Below the pieces are notes generated by a model. It was not told the origin of the DNA. It did not search any database and worked only from the letters and a program-made list of their open reading frames with translations. Shown in pieces: positions 39,924 to 51,899 of a stretch of DNA of 64,000 bases (positions within the stretch are counted from its first letter, which is position 1; each line of letters starts with the position of its first letter). The stretch is taken from assembly GCA_053919585.1 (NCBI GenBank), contig CM132813.1, one strand, 5' to 3'. The DNA is from Euprymna scolopes. Lineage: Eukaryota. The position numbers and the translations under genes are program-made.

Positions 39924-42900
39924 CTACCGTCGTTTTGTGGTCATGTGACTGGAGAAGTCCGTGTAGTAGTGAGTTGGTCCTTGCATTTGAGGGGAAAGTG
40001 GCCTTGGTGCTCGTGTTACCCTCATGCTGCGTCGTGGGACCGGACTCGTCTGCATTGGCTTGTAGTTGATCGGATCTTGGTCCACCTCCATATCTGTTTC
40101 TGATGTGTCACAATCAGCTTCTTCCACCTCCATCATCTCATGCATGTTGCACGGTGGTTTGCTGTCCTCCCTTCTTGGTGTTTGGGGAGGTGGTTGATGG
40201 GGTTGTTGAGTGGGTGGATACTCCGGCGTATCCATGACCGGTTTGATTTTCCTGAGGAAACGGCGATTGCGTAATGTGAACCTGCCGCTACCATCCAACC
40301 GTATCCTGTACTGCCTGTTACCCATTGTCTCGACGACTCTCCCAGTTTTCGCCCATCCTCGTGGATTTGGTCCCTCCTGATTCTGCACCTGCACATACTC
40401 GCCGACTCGGAGCTGTTGGAGGGGGCGGCTGTGTATGTCGTACTGTTCTTTGTTAAGTACGTGACTTTTCGCCATCGCCCTCTCTCTCAAATCTCTGGTC
40501 TCCGTCCAACGCTTGTTGATGCAGTATTTTTTGCGAAGTGCGGGGACATGGCCCCTTACTGTTCGACCATATAGCATTTCCGCCGGCGACAATCCAAGGT
40601 CCTGACTGGGCGTATTCCTATGAGTCATCATCGCCCGTGCTGCCCGATCATGATGTAGGTGTCCGTAGCCATCAACGCAGTCCATCAGCATTCTTTTGGC
40701 CGTTTTTACGGCCAGTTCAGCTCGGCCATTACTCTGGGGGTAATGTGCAGATGATATGCGCCTTTTTACGCCCCAGTCTTCTAGGAACGATTTGTATTCT
40801 AGTGAATCGAATGGTGGCCCTCCATCGGATGATATTTCCTCCGGCGCACCATACGTGCAAAACCAAACCCTCAGGGCGTTCCACACCGCTGCAGCCCTTC
40901 CTGATGGTAGTGGTGCGACCTCAATCCAACCGGTATATGGGTCCGCGTATACCATGTAACTTTTCCCGTGCATATCTAGCAAGTCAGTGACTGTCTTTTG
41001 AAATGGGAATTCCGGGTTTATGGGTGGCATTAGTGGTTCCCTAGGCTGGGATGGGGCGATCGAATTGCAACTCCGACATTGCGCCCTTGTTTGTCGGATG
41101 CTGGCGTCTACACCAGGCCAAAATAACCGTTGTCTGGCGTTAGCCAACATACCATTCGGCCCTTGATGGGCGGAGTGTAATGCCTCTAACACCTCGGCTC
41201 TAAGCCGTTTTGGTATCAAAATTTTGTCCACTTTTATGGGTACCCCTTCCAGACAATATAGTTGGTCTGCTGTCGGCCAGAATTGCCGGATTTCTGGTGG
41301 TAGTTCGTGGCGTGACCTTGGGAACCTGTCTTGAATGTATGACGCCAACGTTCGGCACTCTTCATCGGTGGCTGCAGCTGCGACTATCCTATCCCAGGTG
41401 ATCGCTCGGAACTTGGGGTCATGTGCGTATGCAGCTATGATGGATGCTTGTATACTCCCCTCGATTTGCTGGGAAGTGTCAGTGCCCTTTAGTCTGCTGT
41501 GTCTTGACGGCGCCGGGTATCGGGATGTGCAGTCCGGTGCTGCGTTGAGTTTCCCGGGAACATGCTTAACCTGTACATCAACGACCGCTCCTTGAATGAG
41601 AACAGGCGGGGATTGTTTATATTCTCCACGATCTGATCCGAGAAAATTTTCACTAGGGGCTGGTGGTCCATGGTGACCAATAGGTATGGGGATCCCAGGA
41701 TGAACATCCTACAAGACTCCAAACCATAAATCAGCGCTAGAGCCTCCCCCTCTATAGGGGAATAACGAGATTCTGCATCTTTCGTGAACCGAGACCCGGC
41801 CAAACTCATCTTCCAGTGGTCCATACCACAGTTGGGGCCTAATTTCGTTGGGCATTGGCAATGCTTCTGGAACAGAAAATACCCAATGCCAACCTTACTG
41901 AAGTCGGTTGAAAGGCAGGTCGCTCTGTTCATATCGAAGGTTTACACCCCTTCTTCGATTTTCTGAACGATATTCCTCTTCGACTCTTCGAAAAGTCTAT
42001 TCAATGTGTCATCCCAGTAAAATTTACGGTTCTTTGTCCGCAGCAACTCTCGAAAAGGGGCAATTATATCGGCCTGTGCAAATGTATACGAAACCTGGTT
42101 AACTAAACCAAACCAGGACCTGATACCAGTAATGCTCGTTGGGGTCGGGAAATTGAGAATAGCCTCCGTCATTTTTTTAGTTGGCTTTACGCCGTCCGAG
42201 GTTATCACAAAGCCGGCAAATTCAACTTCATCGTCAGCAAATTGAAATTTGTCAGGGTTAAAGACTATCCCACTTTTACCACAATGGGTAATATAGTTCA
42301 CAGTATGCCAGAAAGCTAATTCTAAGGACCTGTCACATAGGAGTGTGTCGTCTATGCACCGGGTCTTTCGAGGCATGTCAACTGTGATGTCATCGAACCG
42401 GCGTGTGTACCCGTCCCCGGATGCGTGAAAACCCTGAGGAGCCCTGAGATACCGATAACGACCCCATTCCGTTATGAACGTGGTCGCGTCCCGGGCTTTT
42501 GGGGAGAGTGGCAGACTATGGTACCCATTCTATGCGTCCAAGAAAGTATTTTTGGTTTGGGCAGGCACCACGGACACCTGATTAAAAGGGGACGGTGTGT
42601 GATGAGTCTCTCTCATCGTTGCTGCATTCAATTTTTGTAGGTCTACCGTCCTTCTTGGTGACCCGTCTTTCTTTGGAGCGACTACCATCCTCGAACACCA
42701 GATCGTAGGTGTGCCTGCTGGTACCGGTTCGATAATACCCAACGCAACATCTCGATCCAAATCATCCTTTACCCTTTTCTTCCAGTGATGAGGGACTGGA
42801 ATGGGTGTGTGTATGGCCGATGGTTTCGCCCCCGGGGTAAAAGTTATATCCAGCGGCCTCCCTACCATGACTTGTAACGGTTGATGGGGGCAGGTGTTGA

Positions 42901-43420
42901 ATGCGCTGGACTTAAAGTGTTCACGTAACCACTTCTCTAACCGTTCCCTATTATCTCCAGTGGGGGTAAACGGGATCCTCGCTGGCTTGTCCGGGACGGA
43001 TTCTCTTTTCGGACATCCACACGGTGCTGCCCCACTTTCTGAAGCCGATAAATCGGCCTTTGATACTCGATGCGGGAAGTCGCGATTGATTACTCCTAGG
43101 TCTTTGACGGCCGATTCTGACAAGTAGAATCCTGACGTGTTTTCTGAAACGTAGACCACTTGTCGCGTTTCCTTCTGACCGAGCTTAATCTGAGTCAGGA
43201 CCACCCCTTGATATCTAGGGGTTCGTATGTGATTCCCCGTGTCCTGTGGGTGGTAGGTATCAGGATCTTGCTGGTGCACCCTAATATTTTCAATATTTCT
43301 GGTCCATTCGAACACGTCTGGGCACCGGTATCTGCAATGACCTGGATGCGGTGTTTTCGACGGCTTACTCCCTTATCCAAAGCGCACTCTGGTATCAGGG
43401 ACACATCGACCATTAATGAG
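39924..43420 (-). pseudogene. Gypsy pol: protease (ADTGAQT), RT (CIDD), RNase H (TDFS..G, EGEALA, DHQPL), integrase (HSAHQG..CxxC, SDGGP, SNGRAE)
   Basis: Spread over ORFs 43195-43605, 42530-43315, 41942-42376, 41489-41932 and 39924-41348, joined by frameshifts and stops. Confidence 0.93.
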
Positions 43421-43594
43421 GGTGGTGGCTCAGGGGGACTTCTCCTGAACCCACCACTGCTCCATGCAAGGTGTGGCACTGCTGCTATTCTACCTTTTTG
43501 ATTGTAACATGCCGGTGCCCCCTCCATTCTGCTGCCGAAAATATTCGATTGACGTGTGGCATCGTTTGTTGACTCCGCCGTCGACCTCTCCTGT

Positions 43595-44516
43595 TTCCGG
43601 CACACTCTTTGTAAGTGGCCTGTGACGCCACAATTAAAACATTTTAGCCCCCTCGCCGGGCAGTTCTTCCGCCCTTTTAACCCACTGGGGTGTGAGGTCC
43701 TCCCACACCCTTCACAAGGACTATTCTGAGGGGTTTTGAGCGGCTGCTCCTTCCGAGATGGTTTTTTTTTCCGGTTGTTAGTAGGCCAAAAGTCGAGTGT
43801 CCCTCTGAGCCTCGTTGCAACTGAGGAGCAGACGTCTCTGTAGTTTCTAAACTAACCAGCCTGTGAAGCTTCTGCTCCACAGTGGTTAGAATATTTGCTT
43901 CGGACAGCAATTTACACTGGTACTCCGCATTTGCCAGACCAGCTACGAGTTGGCCAGCTACCATGTCCTCCGAATAGTTTACGGCTTGCCGGCAGTTCTC
44001 GTTGGGGCACAGAACCGTGAAATTGCAAAACCGTGCCTGGGACCGAAGCTTTGCCAAGAACTGTGCGGGTCCCTCCCCCGTCTGTTGTCTGATGTTATGA
44101 AATTTATGTCTATGCACCTCCGGGTGTAGACCTTTCACCGCAATGAACTGCATATGCCTTAAGAGTTGTTCCTCTGTGACAGAATTGAGGGTGCCAGGCC
44201 CAACTAAGTCAAATAAAAGTCTATTTCCCTCATTTGAGCAGGCTGTCCTTAGTTCATTGCGGATTTCCATGGGGTCGGTAAGGCCGCACATTTGTTTGTA
44301 TCGGGCCCACGAGTCGATGAAAAGCGCCCAGTCCGCGTCGGTGAATCCATGTTCGATACGTGGCCGGTCTGGTTTCTTGGTGTTAGACCGACTCGAGGCA
44401 CTCCCTCCGCGAAGCTCATTGTTTTCTCTTTGCAGATTTATTAGTTGTTGAATCAACTGCATGTATTGGCCGTCCTCGTGTTGTCCTGACGCCATTATAC
44501 TCCAAAAATCGTGCAA
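43595..44516 (-). pseudogene. Gypsy gag with CCHC zinc knuckle
   Basis: ORF 43677-44516, plus a frameshifted CPARGLKCFNCGVTGHLQRVC. Confidence 0.88.
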
Positions 44517-44556
44517 AAGAAATTATGTTGAAAAATAAATCCTGTTCGTAGCGCCA

Positions 44557-44697
44557 TGTAAAGTTTCCGAGTCAACTATCGTCGTAGTCGTCGTTCTTCC
44601 CCCGGTGCGTGCGTGCGTGCTCTATATATACTACTAATCAGACGACGGTGTCACTCTTTTGTGTGTTCCGTCTTAATGGTCGTTCCTATTCTCCACA
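44557..44697 (-). repeat. 5' LTR
   Basis: TG...CA ends, followed on the - strand by the PBS. Confidence 0.93.
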
Positions 44698-47217
44698 CTT
44701 TTCTTTTAGTTTACAGCACTATTTCTCTTAACTCTTCAGTCACTGTGGACGAGACTACTGGATTTAGTTACGTCTCAATTCGTCCTCGAAATGCTCACCC
44801 CCATAGTATATGATTTAATGATACAATTCTTTTAGTAGCTGACAGCAAAATGGAAGAGATCATATTTATTCGCTTTACATGATCGGATATCAACATATTA
44901 TTGATCAATTATTGCAATTATCCCTTTTTTCAATATACATGTGGACCTTTTTTTATTTTAGACAGCTTTTATAAATAACACGAGCACTCGTTTTATTCAC
45001 TAATTCATCCCCTTTCTCTGCAATTTTCTGAGCTACTTTTTTTCGTACACCGAACAATCTTGAGTCTAGTCACACACTTCTGATGGTTAAGTTAATTTAT
45101 ATGGCTGAGAAATATTATTTATTTATCCGAATTCTATCGGAAACTTTAGAACTGTTTACAAAAAAAAATATTCTAAACGTACATACTCCGTCTCTTCTTC
45201 ATCTAAAATAATTGTATAACGTTTATTTTTTATCACAACCACAATGCAAGCCTTGTATCCTTTTCTCACAAAAGGGGACTAGCTTTAGAATAAACGGATA
45301 CTTGTCTTTATTGTTAAGAAACTGTATTAATAAAATGTTATGACTTCTTTTAGTTCCCCATCTTATCTTCGATATTCTGAGTATACATTTATAATAGAAA
45401 TTACGTTTTCTCCTCTAAACACATGTCACTTGAAAGTAATTTTTAATAGAATGTATTAAGAAAATATTATGGGTTTTTGGAGTTTTACATTTAAAAAAAA
45501 ATCCTATTTTGATTTGACTGTTACTAAGTTCAAAAAACGGTTACGAGTTTCCTAGATAAGATTGTTGTTAAGATAAAAGCTTGTAAAAGAATAAGTATGA
45601 GTTGGAACGATGAAAAAGTTGATTTATAACCCTTGTCTAAAACAATATTGTGCATTCGATGTGATGGTGATGAAGCAACATGGCGAGTAAACGAAGGAAA
45701 CGCGAACGATATTAAGCCGCACATATTTTTTTTTTAATTTCTTCCCATAGCAAGAAGTTCTGACAAATAAAGACATTCTGATAGGGCAGGGTGCTCAGGA
45801 ACAAAATTACTAAGAAAAAAACTTGAACTTTATTTGGTAAGCACGTATATGTTGATAAGCATAATTTCCGCAGAAGAATATAATACATGTAAGTAAGCCT
45901 ATTTAAACAAAAGTTTGTAAAAAAACAGATGACATCATCGACCCTCCATTAAGATCAACACTGGATTAGAAAGTTTAATCGACGAGTTTGATAGAACTCT
46001 GTTCATAAGATGCGCAATAAATAATAGGGATCTTTATATGACACGCCTATGTGTAATCACAATATGTTAGATACCAAACATATTTGATTTCGTATAATCC
46101 GGATTTATCGGACTATGTTCTCAACTTGAGTGTTATTTTCCAACGTTTCGAAAATCACTAAAGATTAGAACATTAATCCGATACATCAAAATCATAGGAA
46201 TAACCAATCTTCATCTCAAAAAGTCAGAAGCGCTATTTGCTTTCATCAAAACGAACACAATAGGAATCACTCGCACACTAAATGTTTACCTTATTTTCGT
46301 AGTAGCGGTTTTCAAATTGAATGAATGTAATAATATATAATATAAGTGATGCAGATGGAAACTTTAAATATTTGATTATTATTATCAGATTACGAGCACA
46401 TTAGGTAAATCGGCGATTCGTGATAGTCATTGATTTCCAAGTTCCGATGATAATTATTTATATCTAAGCGCATAAAATTGATTAGTAATAAGGTTTCAGT
46501 GGCAACCTTCTACAACTTAATCCGATTACACACAAATAAGAATAATGAGTTTCCAGATTCACTATCTTAAATTCTGTACTAATAAGATTAGATTCGCAGA
46601 CCAGTGACAAATGTTACGTGACTTTACGTCCAGTATAGGTTAGGATTAAACTACGCAAATGTTGCTAGTGTCGAGTCAGATGCTATCAATACACTCGCTA
46701 TTTTTTAAAGTTATATCGAGCACATAAGCGTTGTTGTCTTACAATATGCCCTGTTCTCTACTTCGGTGCCGTTCACTACGAATCTTTGTCTATTCCTCTA
46801 TGACGTTTTCACGCACTTTACACACGCATATGCAAAGATATTAGTTACCCGGTAAGACCACGGGGGGGGGCATAATCAAGGCAGAAGAACTGAAACTGGT
46901 CCAAAAGACACTATATGTAATTGTGTGTAGATTTTGGTAGATTTTATGGTTTGAAGATGTATTTTATTTATAATTTTCATGAAATTTCAGTCATAGAATA
47001 GCATTATAATCTTTAAAAAATCGTGCAAATTTTCATATAGTTGCATTTCATAGAAAAAAGTTTAGATCATTAAAATATNNNNNNNNNNNNNNNNNNNNNN
47101 NNNNNNNNNNNNNNNNNNNNNNNNNNNNNNNNNNNNNNNNNNNNNNNNNNNNNNNNNNNNNNNNNNNNNNNNNNNNNNNNNNNNNNNNNNNNNNNNNNNN
47201 NNNNNNNNNNATTCATC

Positions 47218-47265
<48 letters not shown>

Positions 47266-47312
47266 TATATATATATATATATATTCAGAATGTTTAAATA
47301 AGATAATTCCTC

Positions 47313-47388
<76 letters not shown>

Positions 47389-47389
<1 letters not shown>

Positions 47390-48110
47390 TAGCAAAAGTA
47401 CCGGATGTTGACTGGGTTCAAAACAGTCTAATGAAAATTGACTCTGATTTATTAAAGTATGATAGGTGATGAAAAGGAAGGGTTGTAAATTCGGGTTGAT
47501 TTTGGAGGTATGAAAACAAAAGCAAAATATGATGAAAGTAAAAGTAAAATAGATAACACCCATCAGTTATTAATCCATACCTGTTCACACTGAAATACTT
47601 ATCACAATATTCTGTGGATCTATATTAAAAAAAACCCTTTTAAACTTTGTGACGTATTTCCATTCTATGGAGGTTAGGCGCGAACGAACACCCCATAATA
47701 TTATGCCATATTTCTTCACACTGTAACATAATTATCAAAGTATACTCATGAAGATGGATATGAAAAGTGTTTATTAAAGTTTTTGCCTATGTAGGCCAGA
47801 CGCGAATACAGGCCGCACAATTTTATTATGCCATCCCTTTTTAAGTTTTAAACATACTTAGCAAAGTATGCTTATGTGCATCTATATCAAAAACCCTTGA
47901 AAACGTTATTTTTTTTTAATTTTTCATTTCCATACTTTGTGGACCAGGCGCGAACGCAGACCACACACTTTTAATGAGGCACCGTTCTTTCAGATCAAAC
48001 ATACCCATTCCCGTATCTCGATACATCTTCTATCATTATATGTAATCAGTTGTTTTTTTAAATAGTCAACCATATAGGAGCCTATTCGTGACCAGACGCA
48101 AACACACCCA
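47389..48110 (-). mobile_element. Probable non-autonomous Helitron with ~130-bp internal subrepeats
   Basis: The - strand end is CCCAGTCAACATCCGGT..CTAG. CCAGgCGCGAAcgCA units recur at ~47675, 47795, 47941 and 48090. Confidence 0.5.
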
Positions 48111-48750
48111 CATATATATATATATATATATTCAGCAATTTTTAAGGAGATAAGTCATCGGTACTTTCTGTTTCAAATCTGGTAATAAGGGGCCCATACT
48201 AAGCTCTCATCAGTCAATAATCATCTAATTTATTACCGGACTAGAGGCATGCACATATAATTATATACTCTCGTGCAAATCTATTTTAATGAAACAATCT
48301 TAAAATTTAAAAAAATATAAGTAAAAAATAATGTCTGTTCTTTGTTATTGTGAACCCTAAAGAATTCAAAAGTAAAAGAAAAAGAAAAGAAAAAAGATAA
48401 AAAACTTATACATATTTTTTTCTTGTTACATGTTATTCTAATGTATTTGGACTATTTATCGTGTCACCTATGAACATATGTTTTTAACTAATTTTTTGAC
48501 ATCTATTAGTTTATTTCTTCCGGTCGTAAAGGGAATTATTTAATTCCAACTGAATTTCAACCTAGTCTAAAAAGATAACTCTGTCAATACATAAAGGCTT
48601 ATTTGAATTGATAATTATTTTTATTATTATGATTATTGTCGTTTTTCTTCTATCTTTACTATATAATACATGTTTATACTTTGCCTTAACCGTCTTATTT
48701 AATATGAGTAAATTACAAATTTCTAAAGAAATATATCATATCTAGATTTG

Positions 48751-51121
48751 ATTTTTTTTTAAATTACATTTTCACACCAAACAAGGAACATTGCCACTTT
48801 GATGTAGTGGGCTACTATCAGGGACATAATCTACAGGGTCACTATGTGGGGAGTTGGGCAGCAAGATGTTGGTCCATGTTACACTTGAACTTCTGCATGT
48901 CAGTACAGTTGGGGAAGCAAGCACCCGGGAAGTAATTCCAAAGTCTAGAGGTTCTGGGGAAGAAACTACTGGAGTAGAAGGCGCTCTTACATAGATGAAT
49001 CTCTACTTTGAAGGGGTTGTACTTAGCTACTGGTCGGGTTTGTCAGGTGTATTTACGTCGAGTGGGTACAAGTGACTGCAATTCGTGTGAGCATTCACCG
49101 TTAAAGTTCTTCTAGAACAGGCAGAGGGATGCTACATTTCGTCGATGGGGCAGAGGCTGAATCTTAGATGACAGATCAGGACCTATCAGGTTGACGACTC
49201 TCTTTTGAATCGTGTCTAGGAGAAAGAGACTAGATGCACCAGCCCAAATATGACAACAATACTCCATACATAAGCGAATGGTAGCCTTATAGATGTACAG
49301 AATACTTTCGGGCGTTAGTAGCTTTCTAACACGGTAGAGAGAACCCACTTTCTTCGCAGCGGCCCTGGCAATGCTCACAATGTAATTGTTCCAACCCATG
49401 TTTCATGTGAACGTTAGGTTGAGGAGTTTAAAAGATGTACTTTCAGATAAAGAGTATTTGGCTATTGCTATTGGTGGTAGAGAAGGTTTTCTGTAATGAT
49501 TGAAGGACACAAGTTTAGTCTTGGCAACATTGAATGTGACCATCCATTTTTTGTCCCCATTCCACTACAGATTGTCGGCTATGCTCTAGTGTTTCCGCCA
49601 TTTCTGTAGATATGTATTCATTTTTTTTCCTGTCGTGTTTATTATAGAGCGTGGTGTCATCAGCATATATATCCATCTCAAAGACAATTGTCAGGGAGGT
49701 CATTTATAAATATTAGGAATAATAGGCGTCCAGGATTAGACACTTGAGGCACTCCTGCATTTATATCATATTGTTTAGATGTACGACCGTCGAGGACAAC
49801 CTGGAGTTTTCTCTTAGTAAAGAAGGATTTAATTATGTTAAGTATTTTTCCAGTGATGATCTGATTTTCTAGAGAAAACCTTCATGCCATACCCTGTCAA
49901 ACACCTTAGATATATCTAGAGCTACCGCTCTAACCTCCCCTGCTTTGTCCAGTGAATGGTATATACGTTCAGACATTACAATTAGGATGTATGCTGTAGA
50001 ACGAACCTTCCTAAATCCATATTGTTGGTCAGTCAGATGTTTAGCATCTGTAAGGTGATGGAGTAGAGCTTGGTTAATTATGGTCTCAAATATTTCGGCG
50101 AAAAGTGGGGGGGGGCTAATGGGGCGATATTTTACTTGGTCAGTTCTTTCGCCAGAATTATTAAAAAACTGGCAACACAGAAGCAGTTTTCTAGCAGGCA
50201 GGGAAGCAAGATTCACTACGACATTGTAGTAAAGTTTGGAGAGAACTGGGGCTACTTCGGTGGACCACTTTTTAATAGCACAGCCGGGATGCGATCCCGT
50301 CCACATGCTTTTGAAGTGTTAATATTTTTATGATGGCATGCACCTGAGAAGGGGTGATTTTCAGATTGTCTAGTGTGTCGCCTGTCAGCAAAGGAAATTC
50401 AGATAAGGGTACTTAGCAGGGTCCAGTGTGGAGTTGAAGGCAAACCGACTGGAAAGCATGTTAGACTTCTAGGTTGCCGAGCAAAGTAAACCACCTCTTG
50501 ATTGTTGGAAAGTGGGGGAATTGTTGATTGCCCATCATTTACTACATTGTTATACATTTTCCAGAAATCTCGAGTTTCTAATTTCTGTGCTTCGATGTGT
50601 TTTTTGGTTGGTTTCAGTAAATTCTCTGTTAGTGTCTCTATTGCTTTCTTACAGTTACTTCTGGCTTCTATATACTTCTGTCTGTTTGAACGGGACTTAT
50701 GTCGGTTAAATCTGCGGTACGCATGATGCTTTTGCTGCAAAAGTAGAAGTAAACAATTGGAGAGAGTGGGGCTTGCTATAAAATTTCCGCGTGGGAACAT
50801 GTGCTTCAATTCCGGTTTTGAACCATTCAGTTGTCTCATTTGCGCACTGTTCAGCAGGAAGTGAAAATATATTTCGCCATGTGACGTCTCTGATGAGATC
50901 CCTTATGGCTTCCCAGTCTGCTTTTTTTATAATATCTCGTTTTTTTTTTTAGTAATGGCTCTTCAGTTATGGCTCTAGAGTTTAGGGCGATTTCAACCAT
51001 TATCACTGCATGATCAGCGTTCCCAAGTATGCTGTGGGCATTCGCTACGCAATCATCGGGAACTGTGCTGAGAAACAGATCTAGAAGTGATGCGTGTTTT
51101 TCTTGCTGGTTTGGGAAACGG
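48751..51121 (-). mobile_element. Degenerate CR1/L2-group LINE (endonuclease end, RT, C-terminus)
   Basis: YRPIS, QYGFR, ALDISKVFDRVWH, FLIFINDL, YADD, MEYCCHIWAGA and LWNYFP motifs, with many frameshifts. Confidence 0.9.
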
Positions 51122-51310
51122 AATTATATTTTCTATAAAATTTGGCAAAATATTTTTTTTTATCTATTAATTTGAAATCTATTATTTTACAGTACAGATT
51201 TTTAGTCTTAAACGAACTTTTTTCATCGTAACACAATTTCTAACTAGTCTTAAGTAGATGATTTTAAAATGATTTGAATTCTAATTCGAATAGATATTAA
51301 TTATTATTAT

Positions 51311-51341
<31 letters not shown>

Positions 51342-51410
51342 TATTATTATTATTAAAATAATTATTATTTTATAGTATATATATATATATTATACATGGT
51401 TGTATCTTTG

Positions 51411-51466
<56 letters not shown>

Positions 51467-51704
51467 GGTTGTATCTTTCCTCACTTGACTAATTCAGTTT
51501 GAATTTTAATAAAATAAATAAACCAATTCCAGTCTGTAATTTAAATATTTATATTAAAAAGTCTATATTTAAAATTATATTTTTAAATGTTTATATTGTT
51601 TTTGGGGGGAGTGGGCATTTTTATCTAGCGTTAGGAAATGGCACATTATACTAAAATCGTGCACTTATATATATTTTTATTTTTTCCTATTTAATATAAT
51701 AATT

Positions 51705-51745
<41 letters not shown>

Positions 51746-51899
51746 ATATCAGGATAAAATATAGATATTAGAATAAAATATTAAAAAATAAAGCAGAAAT
51801 AAAAAAGTATATAATACTTCTTTTTTAATTCAGAGTTTTCCTTTTACTGCCTAAGTCCATAAGGAGTGGCATCGTTTTTTTTTCTATACAGCATTCCAG

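Larger units (their letters stand above)
39760..44697 (-). mobile_element. Full-length Ty3/Gypsy LTR retrotransposon (Mag-like), inactivated
   Basis: Two ~140-bp LTRs and a CTTT target-site duplication (39756-39759 / 44698-44701). PBS TGGCGCTACGAACAGGA at 44556-44540. PPT at ~39898-39911. Domain order gag-PR-RT-RH-IN. Confidence 0.95.
39100..46000 (+). pseudogene. Decayed IR-like gene interrupted by the Gypsy element
   Basis: Left flank reads DLFDPGIQLHISILL*TTLANLTF. Right flank, one frame: VYSTISLNSSVTVDETTGFSYVSIRP...FNDTILLVADSKMEE...INYCNYPFF (S1). Then YSLIHPLSL (pre-M1), RILSETLELF and HNASLVSF (M3-like). Boundaries are approximate. Confidence 0.6.

Noticed and set aside
46600-46800. 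Cys-rich frame resembling an EMI domain
   Set aside because: Two stops and no supporting downstream EGF-type exons.
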